Source: a bacterium (GTDB lineage Bacteria; Patescibacteriota; Saccharimonadia; Saccharimonadales; DATKHC01). From it: 64,000 nucleotides of DNA. Below the pieces are notes generated by a model. It was not told where the DNA came from. It made no database searches and was given only the letters and a program-made list of their open reading frames with translations. The position numbers and the translations under genes were made by a program. Below, piece by piece: positions 28,138 to 39,122 of this stretch (positions within the stretch are counted from its first letter, which is position 1; each line of letters begins with the position of its first letter). Location: contig JAJXXC010000006.1 in the NCBI GenBank assembly GCA_021781215.1, forward strand, positions 11,029-75,028, in the 5' to 3' direction.

Positions 28138-29659
28138 GATGTTTAAATTCATAGATTCATTAGTAGACAAGATTACTATGTACAAGTTAATAATGTATTA
28201 TCTTGTGGCTTTAATATTAGTGGCTATTGGTCTTAGTATATTTAAGGATTTGCAATATAATCCGTATTACATAGCAATTTCAGCCCTAGTTCTTGTTACC
28301 GCAAGCTGGACTATCAATAAAATATTCGCTAATTTTTTTAGTGCTCCAACCAATAGTGAGTCATCAATTATTACTGGGTTAATATTGACTTTAATTATTG
28401 CCCCTAACCCAACTGGCTATTCATTTATGTTTTTATTAGCTGCGGCAGGACTGGCTATAGCCTCAAAGTATTTACTAACTATTCGAAATAAACATCTGTT
28501 TAACCCCGCAGCTATTGCCGTAGTATTAACTGCCCTTGGGGCTAGGCAAAGTGCTACCTGGTGGGTGGGCACGGCTGCAATGCTACCATTTGTGTTAATC
28601 GGCGGTGTGTTAATTGTTAGGAAAATTCGTAGAACTAAAATGGTTCTAGCATTTTTTATATCTAGCGCTCTAGCGACCATTGCCTATTCTCTAATATCTA
28701 GAGTCAGTGTAATGACCAGCTTACATAATCTAGTCTTCAGCTCCGCTATGTTTTTCTTAGGTTTCGTGATGTTAACTGAGCCTATTACCTCTCCTACTAC
28801 TTCGAAAAAACAAACCTGGTATGCAGTTTTGGTAGGATTATTATTGCCACCCCAGGTCCATCTATTTAGTTTTTATTCATCACCTGAAATAACCTTAGTT
28901 ATAGGTAACTTGTTTGCATATATTGTAAGTCCTAAGACCAAACTCTTTTTAGCTCTTAAAGAAAAAGTTCGGATAGCTGCTACTAGTGTAGATTTCGTAT
29001 TTATACCAAGTCATAAGCTAGTTTATCAAGCTGGACAATATATGGAATGGACTCTACCCCATCAAAAAACTGACCTAAGAGGCAATCGTCGTTATTTCAC
29101 TTTGGCGTCATCTCCAACCGAGGATGATATTAGAATCGGAGTTAAATTTTTTGAAAATGGTAGTAGTTTTAAGGAAGCATTACTGGATGCAAATTATGAG
29201 ACACCAATAGTAGCTTCGCAAATCTCTGGTGATTTCGTATTGCCAAAAGATAAGTCACTTAAATTAGTCTTCATCGCAGGTGGTATTGGTATTACGCCTT
29301 TTAGGAGCATGATAAAATATTTGGTTGATAAAAAAGACATTAGAACAGTAACTCTGTTGTACTCAGTTAGAAATGAAAAAGAAATTTCTTATAGAGATAT
29401 ATTTGAAAGCGCCAGAAGTACGATTGGTCTAAAAACAGTCTACGCAATTACTGACAATAATCCCGTAGTTACTAAATCTAATATCCACCTTGGAAAAATA
29501 ACTCCTAAATTCATTAGAACTGAAGTGCCTGATTTTTCGGATAGAATTTTTTATATCTCAGGCACCAATTCAATGGTCCATTCGGTTCAAGAAATGCTAG
29601 CTCAACTTGGAGTGCCTAAGCACCAAATTAAGACGGACTATTTCCCTGGATATGCCTAG
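28118..29659 (+). CDS. membrane NqrB/RnfD-like domain fused to FNR-type FAD/NAD(P)-binding reductase
   Basis: About 270-aa polytopic N-terminal part with LFNPAA; C-terminal part has RRYFTLASSP and GGIGITPF; alternative start at ATG 28139. Confidence 0.7.
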   Translation: MKGMWYKMFKFIDSLVDKITMYKLIMYYLVALILVAIGLSIFKDLQYNPYYIAISALVLVTASWTINKIFANFFSAPTNSESSIITGLILTLIIAPNPTGYSFMFLLAAAGLAIASKYLLTIRNKHLFNPAAIAVVLTALGARQSATWWVGTAAMLPFVLIGGVLIVRKIRRTKMVLAFFISSALATIAYSLISRVSVMTSLHNLVFSSAMFFLGFVMLTEPITSPTTSKKQTWYAVLVGLLLPPQVHLFSFYSSPEITLVIGNLFAYIVSPKTKLFLALKEKVRIAATSVDFVFIPSHKLVYQAGQYMEWTLPHQKTDLRGNRRYFTLASSPTEDDIRIGVKFFENGSSFKEALLDANYETPIVASQISGDFVLPKDKSLKLVFIAGGIGITPFRSMIKYLVDKKDIRTVTLLYSVRNEKEISYRDIFESARSTIGLKTVYAITDNNPVVTKSNIHLGKITPKFIRTEVPDFSDRIFYISGTNSMVHSVQEMLAQLGVPKHQIKTDYFPGYA

Positions 29660-29780
29660 GGAATTATCCACTTATTAAGTAGTTGGAATCAAAATATTTT
29701 AGTATTTTTATAGCTGATTTATGCCCTGAAAATATGTTATAGTTTTCAAGGTTAGTATTGCTAAGATAAAATTAAAATCA

Positions 29781-30440
29781 ATGCAAACAGACAACAAACA
29801 CCTTCACGCAACTCAGGATAGCCCAGTCGTTAGACACGCACCGAGTCGCGGTGAGAAGGACAAACGTACAAAAATAGTTGATTCAAGTTTTGAATGGGGA
29901 ACAGCCATAATTAAAGCCATAGTCGCAATCGTAGTTTTTACTCTGACATTAATCTATGTCATTACGCCTATTTCGGTCAGCGGAATATCTATGGAGCCAA
30001 CGCTGCATACTGGAAATATAATGCTGGTATATAAATGGCCACAAACTTGGGCTCGACTAACCGGTACTCAATATATTCCAGCTCGCACTAACATTATTAT
30101 TATTGCCAAGAATTCGGTTTCGGGTGAGCAGCTAATTAAAAGAGTTATTGCATTGCCAAGAGAACGAGTAAATATTGCCAATAATAATCTAACGGTCTAT
30201 AGCCAAAATAATCCGCAGGGTATTAATCCGGATAATGCTCCGTGTTGTAAGAATTTATTAGAACCGACCGGTACTTTTTCAACCATTGTTCCTAATGGTC
30301 AAATATTTGCCATGGGAGACAATCGTAACCCTGGCGCTTCTATCGATTCTCGCTCTAGTATTGGTAATATTGAGTCTAGCCAAATAGTGGGTAGAGTCGT
30401 AATGAGAATCTATCCATTCAATCAAATAAAGATTTTTTAA
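29781..30440 (+). CDS. lepB: signal peptidase I
   Basis: SGISMEPTL (Ser), IKRVIALPRE (Lys), GDNRNPGASIDSR. Confidence 0.85.
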   Translation: MQTDNKHLHATQDSPVVRHAPSRGEKDKRTKIVDSSFEWGTAIIKAIVAIVVFTLTLIYVITPISVSGISMEPTLHTGNIMLVYKWPQTWARLTGTQYIPARTNIIIIAKNSVSGEQLIKRVIALPRERVNIANNNLTVYSQNNPQGINPDNAPCCKNLLEPTGTFSTIVPNGQIFAMGDNRNPGASIDSRSSIGNIESSQIVGRVVMRIYPFNQIKIF

Positions 30441-30444
30441 AAGA

Positions 30445-31392
30445 CTATAAGCTAGTAAAAATATCGTCGGAATTATTAGCTTCGGGTTTGGTTGGAGCCT
30501 CATAAGTGTGCAGACCGTGTAGTTTATAAGCCTTGCGTCGTTTAAACATGAGCCTAATTAAACCGAGTATAGCTATTAAGATTATAGTTGATATTCCCAG
30601 CACGATGAAAACAGCAGCCGAACCACTATTTCTATAGATCAGACTCTTTAAAAACAAGGCTCCAGTTAAATCTATGCCCATATTAACAGTTTGATTAACG
30701 AATATCTGTTGGCCATTGTCTAGTAGGATTTGTATTTGAACACTATGGCTCCCACCATCCAAGTAGTTCCTGTTAAAGGGATTGAGTTCGCTGCTGCTGT
30801 ATAGGGCGCTTTTTTGGTTATCGGCATAATAACTAACCGACTTAATACCAACTCCGTTAATTGGCTTAACGGCATGAACTGCGATTTGATCAGTGGCGCC
30901 AGATAATATATTTGAATCGTCCAGCTGCAATATACCGCTAAGCCCCCCAAAAGATACGGCGCAGGCGTTAGTAGGTATGCATTGACTGTTGGGTACGATA
31001 AGTAGGGCTACTGCAGCTTGATAGGGGGCGGCATTGACTCCGATCCCCTGAATAATAATATCGTTACTGAGTTTGGATATTTTACCAATGTAAGTCCAGG
31101 TATTGGAATTTGCTGACACATGGCCAATGTACTCACATTGATTAGACAGAGGATTATTTAAATATAGGCTGAGATCTATGGGATTGGATTTATAATTTAG
31201 CTTTAAATAAGCATTGCCTAGGGGAACGTTGGAGTTGGTAATATCCTCAAGTGTCGATAAATTTTGATTAGTGTTACCGCAGAATGTTGAATTAATCGAC
31301 TGGTTAGCGGCGTAAGAAATTTTTGGTAAAAACAATACTGTAAAAAAAGCCATAAAGACTATTGGCAATAATCTATGGTTATTTATTTTCAT
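30445..31392 (-). CDS. secreted protein with C-terminal TM anchor
   Basis: Signal peptide ending SYAANQ; C-terminal TM AAVFIVLGISTIILIAILGLI followed by KRRK. Confidence 0.5.
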   Translation of the reverse strand: MKINNHRLLPIVFMAFFTVLFLPKISYAANQSINSTFCGNTNQNLSTLEDITNSNVPLGNAYLKLNYKSNPIDLSLYLNNPLSNQCEYIGHVSANSNTWTYIGKISKLSNDIIIQGIGVNAAPYQAAVALLIVPNSQCIPTNACAVSFGGLSGILQLDDSNILSGATDQIAVHAVKPINGVGIKSVSYYADNQKSALYSSSELNPFNRNYLDGGSHSVQIQILLDNGQQIFVNQTVNMGIDLTGALFLKSLIYRNSGSAAVFIVLGISTIILIAILGLIRLMFKRRKAYKLHGLHTYEAPTKPEANNSDDIFTSL

Positions 31393-31505
31393 AAGCTTTA
31401 TTGTAATTGTTTTGAAATTAATAATGAAATAGATAGAACGAAACTTTAATATTTGATAGAATAGTAGTTTAAAGCGTATATATAAAATTTAAAGTAAGGT
31501 GCTAG

Positions 31506-32969
31506 ATGGCTAGAACTAAAACAAAACCAACTCATAAAAACTTAATTTTAACCATTGTTGCATTGGCTCAGTTTATGGTTGTGTTAGATGTATCGATAGT
31601 TAACGTCGCGCTCCCTGCAATTTATGGAACGCTCCATTTTACTTCAACCAGTAATCTACAGTGGATAGTCACAGCATATACATTAGCATTTGGTGGTTTT
31701 TTGTTACTTGGTGGTAGGGCTGCAGACTTATTCGGTCGGAAAAAAGTTTTTATTAGTGGAGTTATAGTATTTTCAATTACTTCATTGCTGACCGGCTTGT
31801 CAGTTAATTCTAACATGATAGAAATCACTAGGGCTCTACAAGGATTAGCCGCTGCCTTTATGTCACCGGCAGCTCTATCAATCGTGATTACTAATTTCAA
31901 AGAAGGTCATGAACGTAATATAGCCCTGAGTATATGGGGTGGTATTGCCGCAGGTGGTGCCGCAGCAGGTGTTTTGATTGGGGGTATATTAACTCAGTAT
32001 TTAAGCTGGAGATGGAATTTTTTTATTAATGTTCCAGTAGGTATTTTGGTCGCTCTTGCAGCCGCTTATTATATCGAAGAAAGTGATGCCGGTTTGGATC
32101 ATAAACACTTGGACTTAAAAGGTGCTTTAATGGTTACCTTGGGATTAATGACTTTGGTTTATGGTTTTACTAAGGCACCGTCATTGGGTTGGTCTAGCCA
32201 TCAGGTCATAGGGGTATTTGCTGCCAGCGTTATATTACTCATTGGCTTTGTAATTAATGAGTCTAGAGTCGAGCATCCGTTGGTTCCGTTTAGTGTGTTT
32301 AGAATTAGTAACATTGCAGCGGCTAACTTAACTCAATTACCGGTAACGGCATCACTATTTTCAATGTTCTTCTTTATATCGCTCTACGTTCAACAGGTAT
32401 TACATTATTCACCAGTTAAAACCGGCCTTGGATTTATACCTGTTACTATCGTTATTGGCGTTATGGCCTCCCAGATGTCTAAGGTTATAGCCAAGATAGG
32501 CTATAAGAGGCTATTAATGATTGCTCCATTATTTATGGCTACTGGACTTTACTGGTTATCAAAAATCAGAGCTAATGGTACTTATTTTCATGATGTCTTT
32601 CCGGGGTTGGTGATAATTGCGATTGGTCTTGGTATCGTCTTCGTATCAATTACAGTTGCAGCGACTACAGGTGTACCAAAAGACAAGGCAGGATTAGCCT
32701 CCGGTTTGCTAAATACTTCACAGCAAATTGGTGGAGCTATTGGATTAGCTATCCTATCAGGAGTCTCAGCCGGCAGTATTACTAGTTATATGAAACATCA
32801 TGTTAACGGCGCAAATTTAATAGCTAAGGCTCAGGTCTATGGTTCAAAGTATGCATTTTTAACTGGAGTTGGTTTTGCAATCATAGCCTTTTTGTTAGCA
32901 ACTTTTTTAATTAGAGAAGACCGATCTAAGCCAATAATTATTGATCCATCCTCAGTGGCAGGTGTCTGA
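31506..32969 (+). CDS. MFS transporter (DHA2/EmrB-like, 14 TM)
   Basis: LDVSIVNVALP and GRAADLFGRKK motifs; 487 aa. Confidence 0.85.
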   Translation: MARTKTKPTHKNLILTIVALAQFMVVLDVSIVNVALPAIYGTLHFTSTSNLQWIVTAYTLAFGGFLLLGGRAADLFGRKKVFISGVIVFSITSLLTGLSVNSNMIEITRALQGLAAAFMSPAALSIVITNFKEGHERNIALSIWGGIAAGGAAAGVLIGGILTQYLSWRWNFFINVPVGILVALAAAYYIEESDAGLDHKHLDLKGALMVTLGLMTLVYGFTKAPSLGWSSHQVIGVFAASVILLIGFVINESRVEHPLVPFSVFRISNIAAANLTQLPVTASLFSMFFFISLYVQQVLHYSPVKTGLGFIPVTIVIGVMASQMSKVIAKIGYKRLLMIAPLFMATGLYWLSKIRANGTYFHDVFPGLVIIAIGLGIVFVSITVAATTGVPKDKAGLASGLLNTSQQIGGAIGLAILSGVSAGSITSYMKHHVNGANLIAKAQVYGSKYAFLTGVGFAIIAFLLATFLIREDRSKPIIIDPSSVAGV

Positions 32970-33050
32970 GAGTAAGTATTATTCATATTTTTTATCTAAT
33001 TTTTTGCTAAACTAGATTTAGAATAATTATTTTCTAGGGGGTGGTACAGG

Positions 33051-34346
33051 ATGGCATTTACCAAGCAGACTATTAAGGACTATGATCTAACTGGCAAGAG
33101 GATTTTAATTCGTACTGACTATAATGTTCCTTTGGATAAAGCGGGTGATGTAGCTGATGATTATCGAATACGTAAATCATTACCAACAATTGAATATCTC
33201 TTAAGTAAAAATTGTTCAATCATTATCTGTTCTCATCTAGGCCGACCCGATGGTAGAGTAGTTCCCGGTCTTAGCTTAAAGTCAGTGGCAAAAAGACTGT
33301 CAGACTTAATTAAAAAACCCGTAGAATTTGTAAATGAATCAATCGGCGAAGATGTCAGGATTGCTAGTGCAAGACTAAAACCTGGACAGATTTTAATGCT
33401 GGAAAATTTAAGGTTTCATAGGCAAGAAGAAGCAAATGATCCAATTTTTTCTAAACAATTAGCATCAATTGCTAATGTCTTTGTCCAGGATGGGTTTGGT
33501 GTAGTACATCGTAGTCATGCATCAACAGTTGGCGTTACTAAATTTTTACCAGCCGTCGCGGGTTTGTTAGTTTATGATGAAGTGAATATCTTAACCGAAT
33601 CAATGCTGAACCCTTCTCGTCCACTAGTAGCTATTATTGGTGGCGCTAAGATAAAAGATAAAATAGATATTTTAAAGAGATTCATAGATATTGCTGATGT
33701 TTTAGTTGTCGGTGGTGCCATGGCTAACACCTTTATCATGGCTAAGGGAATTGATATTGGTGAGTCATTAGTCGATAAAAACGAGCTGCCTTTAGCTAAC
33801 GATATTATTGATTTAGCTATTTCGAAAGCAAAAACCCAAAAGTTTACTTTCTATATTCCTCAAGATGGTGTGGTGTCGGATGATTTGGCTAACCCCACCT
33901 ACACTCGAATAGTCGATTGGGATTCCCATATTGTTGCTGATATCGAAGCCTATCCAAAACAACCAAAAATATACAGTTATGAAATCAAAAAGCATGAAAA
34001 AATTCTAGACATTGGCCCATTTTCCGGAGCTTTTATTGCTGGAGCTATTCAGTTAGCTAATACCGTGCTATGGAATGGTCCCCTAGGTGTCACTGAGACC
34101 AAGGCGATGATTGGGCCAATTGGTCCATTTTCACACGGTACCGAGTTAGTAATTGAAGCCCTGCTGGGACAGTATGGCACTAAGCCCTATAGCGTTATCG
34201 GTGGTGGTGATACTGTTGGATATATCGAAGGTCTTAAGCTGGAGGATGCATTTAATCATGTATCAACTGGTGGTGGGGCGAGCCTTGATCTATTAAGTGG
34301 CAGGAAACTTCCTGGAGTCGAAGCTCTTTTAAAAGTTGATCATTAG
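33051..34346 (+). CDS. pgk: phosphoglycerate kinase
   Basis: RTDYNVPL, SHLGRP, GGAKIKDKI, GGGDT, STGGGASL. Confidence 0.9.
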   Translation: MAFTKQTIKDYDLTGKRILIRTDYNVPLDKAGDVADDYRIRKSLPTIEYLLSKNCSIIICSHLGRPDGRVVPGLSLKSVAKRLSDLIKKPVEFVNESIGEDVRIASARLKPGQILMLENLRFHRQEEANDPIFSKQLASIANVFVQDGFGVVHRSHASTVGVTKFLPAVAGLLVYDEVNILTESMLNPSRPLVAIIGGAKIKDKIDILKRFIDIADVLVVGGAMANTFIMAKGIDIGESLVDKNELPLANDIIDLAISKAKTQKFTFYIPQDGVVSDDLANPTYTRIVDWDSHIVADIEAYPKQPKIYSYEIKKHEKILDIGPFSGAFIAGAIQLANTVLWNGPLGVTETKAMIGPIGPFSHGTELVIEALLGQYGTKPYSVIGGGDTVGYIEGLKLEDAFNHVSTGGGASLDLLSGRKLPGVEALLKVDH

Positions 34347-34370
34347 AGTGATATAATACTGCTTAAGCTT

Positions 34371-35144
34371 ATGAGTAAAAAAATAGTTATTGCTAATTGG
34401 AAAATGCATCTGAATGCCAGCCAGGCCAGTTTATTACTACACCGTTTACAGGAAAGAATTAGAATCCATCGAGAAGTAGAAGTTGTAATAGCTCCTAGCA
34501 TGTTAGTTCTTCAACCACTTAGTGTTCAGATAGATAGACGAAAATTTAGATTAGCCGCTCAAAATGCTTATCACCAAGATAAGGGAGCCTTTACCGGCGA
34601 AGTTAGTTTTACTATGCTTCAAGACTTAGCTCACTATGTAATTATTGGCCATTCGGAGAGAAGGATATACTTTAACGAAAATTTGGACATAGTATCCAAA
34701 AAGGTCTCGGCTTGTGTGCGCAATGGTATCACGCCAATATTGTGCGTGGGTGAGACTAAGCAGGAAAGAAAGCTGGGCGAAGCTAAGCGAGTAATCCACG
34801 ATCAAATCTACACAGCCTTAAGTGGACTAACTACTAGTGAAGTCTCGAATATGATTATTGCTTATGAGCCGGTATGGGCAATTTCAACATTTGGCGGAGA
34901 AGTTGCGACCCCTGCGCAAGTCGGCCGAGTTTTGGAATTTATCAGAATGCAGGTAGAAGAACTTTATGGCAAGCAGGCTGCCAAGAAGATCCGAATTATT
35001 TATGGTGGCAGTGTTGATGACAAAACTGTTGGTGGTTTCTTGCAAATAGAACAGTGCGACGGAGTCTTAGTCGGTAATGCTAGTCTAAATTACATTAAAT
35101 TTGCGGGCATTGTAGATGAGGCCTATAGGCAAAGCCTAGTATAG
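34371..35144 (+). CDS. tpiA: triosephosphate isomerase
   Basis: IANWKMH, GHSERR, AYEPVWAI, YGGSV. Confidence 0.9.
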   Translation: MSKKIVIANWKMHLNASQASLLLHRLQERIRIHREVEVVIAPSMLVLQPLSVQIDRRKFRLAAQNAYHQDKGAFTGEVSFTMLQDLAHYVIIGHSERRIYFNENLDIVSKKVSACVRNGITPILCVGETKQERKLGEAKRVIHDQIYTALSGLTTSEVSNMIIAYEPVWAISTFGGEVATPAQVGRVLEFIRMQVEELYGKQAAKKIRIIYGGSVDDKTVGGFLQIEQCDGVLVGNASLNYIKFAGIVDEAYRQSLV

Positions 35145-35205
35145 ATAAAAACACTACATTTTAAGGTCGTGATTCAGACCGAAAGCTTGGTAAAATATAA
35201 ACTAC

Positions 35206-37362
35206 GTGGACGATTTTTTAATTGGATTAAATGAAGAACAGCAAAGGGCAGCTCAAACACTTGACGGGCCTTTATTAATTTTGGCTGGAGCTGGTTCGGG
35301 TAAGACTAAAACCTTGACTCATCGAATGGCTTACCTCATTTCATCGGGCAAGGCAAATCATGCCAATATCCTAGCCGTGACCTTTACCAATAAGGCAGCC
35401 AAAGAGATGCGAGTTAGGCTTAGCCACTTACTCGGTAGAAGTGAAAATGATCGAACGTTCATGCCGTATCTTGGAACTTTCCATAGTATTTGTGTTAGGT
35501 TACTTCGACAAGACGGTGAAGCAGTCGGGATTTCTAAGAATTTCATTATATTTGATGACAGTGATCAGCAAAGTGCCATCAAGCAAGCCATTAAGCAACT
35601 CAGAATTGACGACAAGGCTATTACGCCCAGGGCTGTATCGTCAATTATTAGTAATAATAAAAATGATCTGATTAACCCAAATCAATTCGCTAATTTAGCT
35701 AGTGGTTTGGTCCAAAAAGCAGCCGCACAAATCTATCCAATTTATGAAAGAATCCTAAGGGATGCTAATGCTCTAGATTTTGATGATCTTATCTCGAAAA
35801 CCGTGGAACTTTTAGCTAATCACTCCGAGATTAGAGATAAGTGGTCTAACCAATTTAAATACATCATGATTGACGAGTATCAAGACACAAACATAGCCCA
35901 GTACAGATTAGTCAAGCTACTAACTAATACTAATAAAAACGTTGCCGTAGTTGGTGACGATTGGCAAAGTATTTACTCTTGGAGGGGTGCTGATTTTAAG
36001 AATATTTTAAATTTTGAGAAGGATTTTAAAGACGTATCGATCATTAAATTAGAACAAAATTATCGGAGCACTGAAGCCATCTTAGATGCCGCTCATGCAG
36101 TGATTGAGAAAAACACCCAACGCTCTACTAAGCGATTATGGACTGCAGAAAAGGGTGGTAAACCGGTGCATGTTCTCCAATTAATTAATGAAAGAGCAGA
36201 AGCTGAGACTGTAGTTAATCGGATTCAAACAGCTGTTGACGCCAAAATCTGGAGCTATCAGGACTATGCGGTTCTCTATCGAACCAATGCTCAGAGCCGA
36301 GCTATTGAAGATGTATTCGTCCGCTACGGTATTCCATATCGAATAGTCGGTGGTCCACGTTTCTATGACCGAAAGGAAATCAAGGACGTGATGGCGTATC
36401 TAAGATTAGTTTTTCAGTCTGAAGATAAAATAAGTTTTGATCGAGTAGTAAATGTTCCGGCGCGGAGTATAGGCTCTAAGTCTTTGCAGGATTTTTATAG
36501 TTGGGCAGCTGTAAACGACTATTCCTTAAATCATGCCCTGTCTGTGGTTCAAGAGCATCCAACCCTAAAACCAAGAGCCAAACAAGGATTTAGTGATTTT
36601 TATGATATCTTAGCTACCACTAGAGAACTTGTTGATAGCGTGCCTCTGTCAAATCTATTGGATGGTCTAATCAGAAGGCTTGATTATATAAACTACCTAA
36701 GTGATGGCACAATTCAGGGTGATTCTAGGGCCGAGAACGTTAAGGAACTGTTGAGTGTGACTAAAGATTATCAGGATCTAGGGTTAGATGGATTTCTAGA
36801 AGAGGTAGCGCTGGTTAGTGATATAGATAATCGAGATGTTACTAATAATGCCGTGACGCTGATGACTCTTCATGCTGCTAAGGGTTTGGAATTTCCGATT
36901 GTATTTATGGTAGGCATGGAAGAAAGTCTATTTCCCCATAGCAGAGCACTCTATAGTCAAGCAGAAATGGAGGAAGAAAGACGGCTGTGCTACGTTGGTA
37001 TGACCAGGGCCAAGCGAGAGCTTTACTTAACCTACGCAACTAGTAGATTGCTCTACGGTGGTCAACAACATAATATTCCATCTAGATTCTTGAGTGATAT
37101 TAATGCGGTTGCTGAGACTGACAATGTTTCCAATGCACAATTATGGCAGACTTCACTTGAGCAAAAAACCCAAAAATCAATCGATAATATTGAGCCAGTC
37201 TATTTACCAGAATTATTTGAGGGCGATATTATTAGACACAAAATTTTTGGTGAAGGTAGAGTTGTTGAGGTTGAAGGGGACAATCTAGTAATCTATTTTA
37301 AGAGTCGTGGATCTAAGAAGATTAATATTAATTTCGCCCCGATCGAGAAAATAAATGAATAG
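35206..37362 (+). CDS. pcrA: UvrD/PcrA-family ATP-dependent DNA helicase (GTG start)
   Basis: LNEEQQRA, AGAGSGKT, DEYQDTN, QNYRST, TLHAAKGLEF, VGMTRAK. Confidence 0.9.
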   Translation: MDDFLIGLNEEQQRAAQTLDGPLLILAGAGSGKTKTLTHRMAYLISSGKANHANILAVTFTNKAAKEMRVRLSHLLGRSENDRTFMPYLGTFHSICVRLLRQDGEAVGISKNFIIFDDSDQQSAIKQAIKQLRIDDKAITPRAVSSIISNNKNDLINPNQFANLASGLVQKAAAQIYPIYERILRDANALDFDDLISKTVELLANHSEIRDKWSNQFKYIMIDEYQDTNIAQYRLVKLLTNTNKNVAVVGDDWQSIYSWRGADFKNILNFEKDFKDVSIIKLEQNYRSTEAILDAAHAVIEKNTQRSTKRLWTAEKGGKPVHVLQLINERAEAETVVNRIQTAVDAKIWSYQDYAVLYRTNAQSRAIEDVFVRYGIPYRIVGGPRFYDRKEIKDVMAYLRLVFQSEDKISFDRVVNVPARSIGSKSLQDFYSWAAVNDYSLNHALSVVQEHPTLKPRAKQGFSDFYDILATTRELVDSVPLSNLLDGLIRRLDYINYLSDGTIQGDSRAENVKELLSVTKDYQDLGLDGFLEEVALVSDIDNRDVTNNAVTLMTLHAAKGLEFPIVFMVGMEESLFPHSRALYSQAEMEEERRLCYVGMTRAKRELYLTYATSRLLYGGQQHNIPSRFLSDINAVAETDNVSNAQLWQTSLEQKTQKSIDNIEPVYLPELFEGDIIRHKIFGEGRVVEVEGDNLVIYFKSRGSKKININFAPIEKINE

Positions 37363-37837
37363 CCCTTCGCGTTTTATCGGTAATATTCTTTTCTGGTTAG
37401 CCTGGCCATTGTTGTTTATATACTTAAGGGATTCTAGAAGAAGTCGAGTTATTATTAGCGACGGCAAACAAATCCTAATTGTTAAAAATTGGTTAGGGCC
37501 TAATCGATACACTCTACCGGGAGGTGGGCTTAAAAAAAATGAAGAGCCCACCGATGGAACAACTAGAGAAGTTGAAGAAGAAACAGGAGTCATTACGCAT
37601 CCAAATAGCCTTAGCTTAATAAAGCCGGAGTATACTGTAGTCGAATACGGGCATAAGTATAAATTCATTGGTTATTTATTGAAGGTTGATAAACTCCCTA
37701 AAATTTCTAGACAAAAATTCGAAATCGCTGAGATTAAATGGGTTAGAATCGAAGATGTTTTAGCTAAATATAAGCTGACTGCTGCCACTAAAGAGCTGAT
37801 TGAAACTTGGTTAGAAATCAACCATTTGGTAGACTAG
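37355..37837 (+). CDS. NUDIX hydrolase
   Basis: Canonical Nudix box GGGLKKNEEPTDGTTREVEEETGV. Confidence 0.85.
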   Translation: MNSPSRFIGNILFWLAWPLLFIYLRDSRRSRVIISDGKQILIVKNWLGPNRYTLPGGGLKKNEEPTDGTTREVEEETGVITHPNSLSLIKPEYTVVEYGHKYKFIGYLLKVDKLPKISRQKFEIAEIKWVRIEDVLAKYKLTAATKELIETWLEINHLVD

Positions 37838-37883
37838 AAGCTAGCCTACCTAATGAATTATTTACATTTAGGCTTAAACGAAT

Positions 37884-39119
37884 ATGAAGCATAAATCCAA
37901 AAAAATCTACGCTAAAGCCATTGCTGGATTTTCTATCATAAAGCGACGAGACTATCGGCACCCAGTATTCATCCCGCTGGTCGGTGGAATTATTTTATTT
38001 TTCTTGGGATTGGTGACGTTTATTTACTTTAATGGAACAACGGTTAATACAAGTAGCTCTAGGGTTGTAGAGGTTTATAACAATGGCAGACTAGAGATAA
38101 TTCCTACAACAGCTACGACAGTTGGTGACTTAATGAGACGCTTGAACATTACTCTTAATCCCGGTGATATTGTTGACCCAAGTGAAAATACACCGATATT
38201 AAATAATGGCTTTAGGGTTAATATCTATCGAGTTCATCCAGTTACAATTATTGAAAATGGACAAAGTAAGGTCGTACTTACAGCGGACGTTAATCCAAGA
38301 GTTATCGCCAAAGCAGCGGGTTATACAATATATCCGCAAGATTATGTCAACGATGTTACTAGCCCGGCAGAATTAGGTAAAAATATTATAGGACAAGTGA
38401 TTTCAATAGTTCCGGCTACTCAGATCAATCTATCTCTTTATGGTACAAAAGTTAGCCTAAGGACCCATGCTAAAACCGTAGCTGATTTATTGAGTCAAAA
38501 TAAGATTAAGACAACTGCAAGTGGCGCCAATGTATTGCCGGCCCTTAATACCCCCGTAACCTTGGGTATGCAGGTCCTAGTAGTACCAGTTGATCAGCAG
38601 CTAGTGTCTCAACAGCAGCCAATCGCATTTACTACCCAGTATACTGATAACCCAGATTTACCTTATGACACCACTAAGGTTTATCAGGCCGGTGTCAACG
38701 GCCTAGAATTAGTTGTCGAGCAAGTGTCAACAAAGAACGGTGGTGTCATTAACACTCCTATTCAAACAGTAGTTATTAATCAACCCATAGCTCAATTAGT
38801 ATATAGAGGTACCGGCATCTCGTCGGTTAATGGCGGCAATAATATAACCTGGCTTAGGAGCTCTAATATTAATAGTTCTGACTATACTTACGTTAACTAT
38901 ATTGTTAATCATGAGTCTCATTGGAACCCAGGCGATGTAAATTATAGAGGCTGTATAGGTCTGGGCCAATTCTGTAATCCATTAAATCTAACCACAGCTT
39001 GCCCTAACTGGCAGATTGATGCTGTATGTCAGCTCAACACGTTTAATAATTATGCCGTAAGAAGATATGGCTCCTGGGCTGCAGCTGCCAGTTTCTGGGC
39101 ATCTCATGGGTGGTGGTAG
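37884..39119 (+). CDS. RpfB/YabE-like cell-wall protein (DUF348 repeats, G5, C-terminal transglycosylase-like domain)
   Basis: N-terminal TM, repeated beta-rich modules, a G5-like YQAGVNGLELV segment, and C-terminal NHESHWNPGDVNYRGCIGLGQF. Confidence 0.6.
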   Translation: MKHKSKKIYAKAIAGFSIIKRRDYRHPVFIPLVGGIILFFLGLVTFIYFNGTTVNTSSSRVVEVYNNGRLEIIPTTATTVGDLMRRLNITLNPGDIVDPSENTPILNNGFRVNIYRVHPVTIIENGQSKVVLTADVNPRVIAKAAGYTIYPQDYVNDVTSPAELGKNIIGQVISIVPATQINLSLYGTKVSLRTHAKTVADLLSQNKIKTTASGANVLPALNTPVTLGMQVLVVPVDQQLVSQQQPIAFTTQYTDNPDLPYDTTKVYQAGVNGLELVVEQVSTKNGGVINTPIQTVVINQPIAQLVYRGTGISSVNGGNNITWLRSSNINSSDYTYVNYIVNHESHWNPGDVNYRGCIGLGQFCNPLNLTTACPNWQIDAVCQLNTFNNYAVRRYGSWAAAASFWASHGWW

Positions 39120-39122
39120 ATT

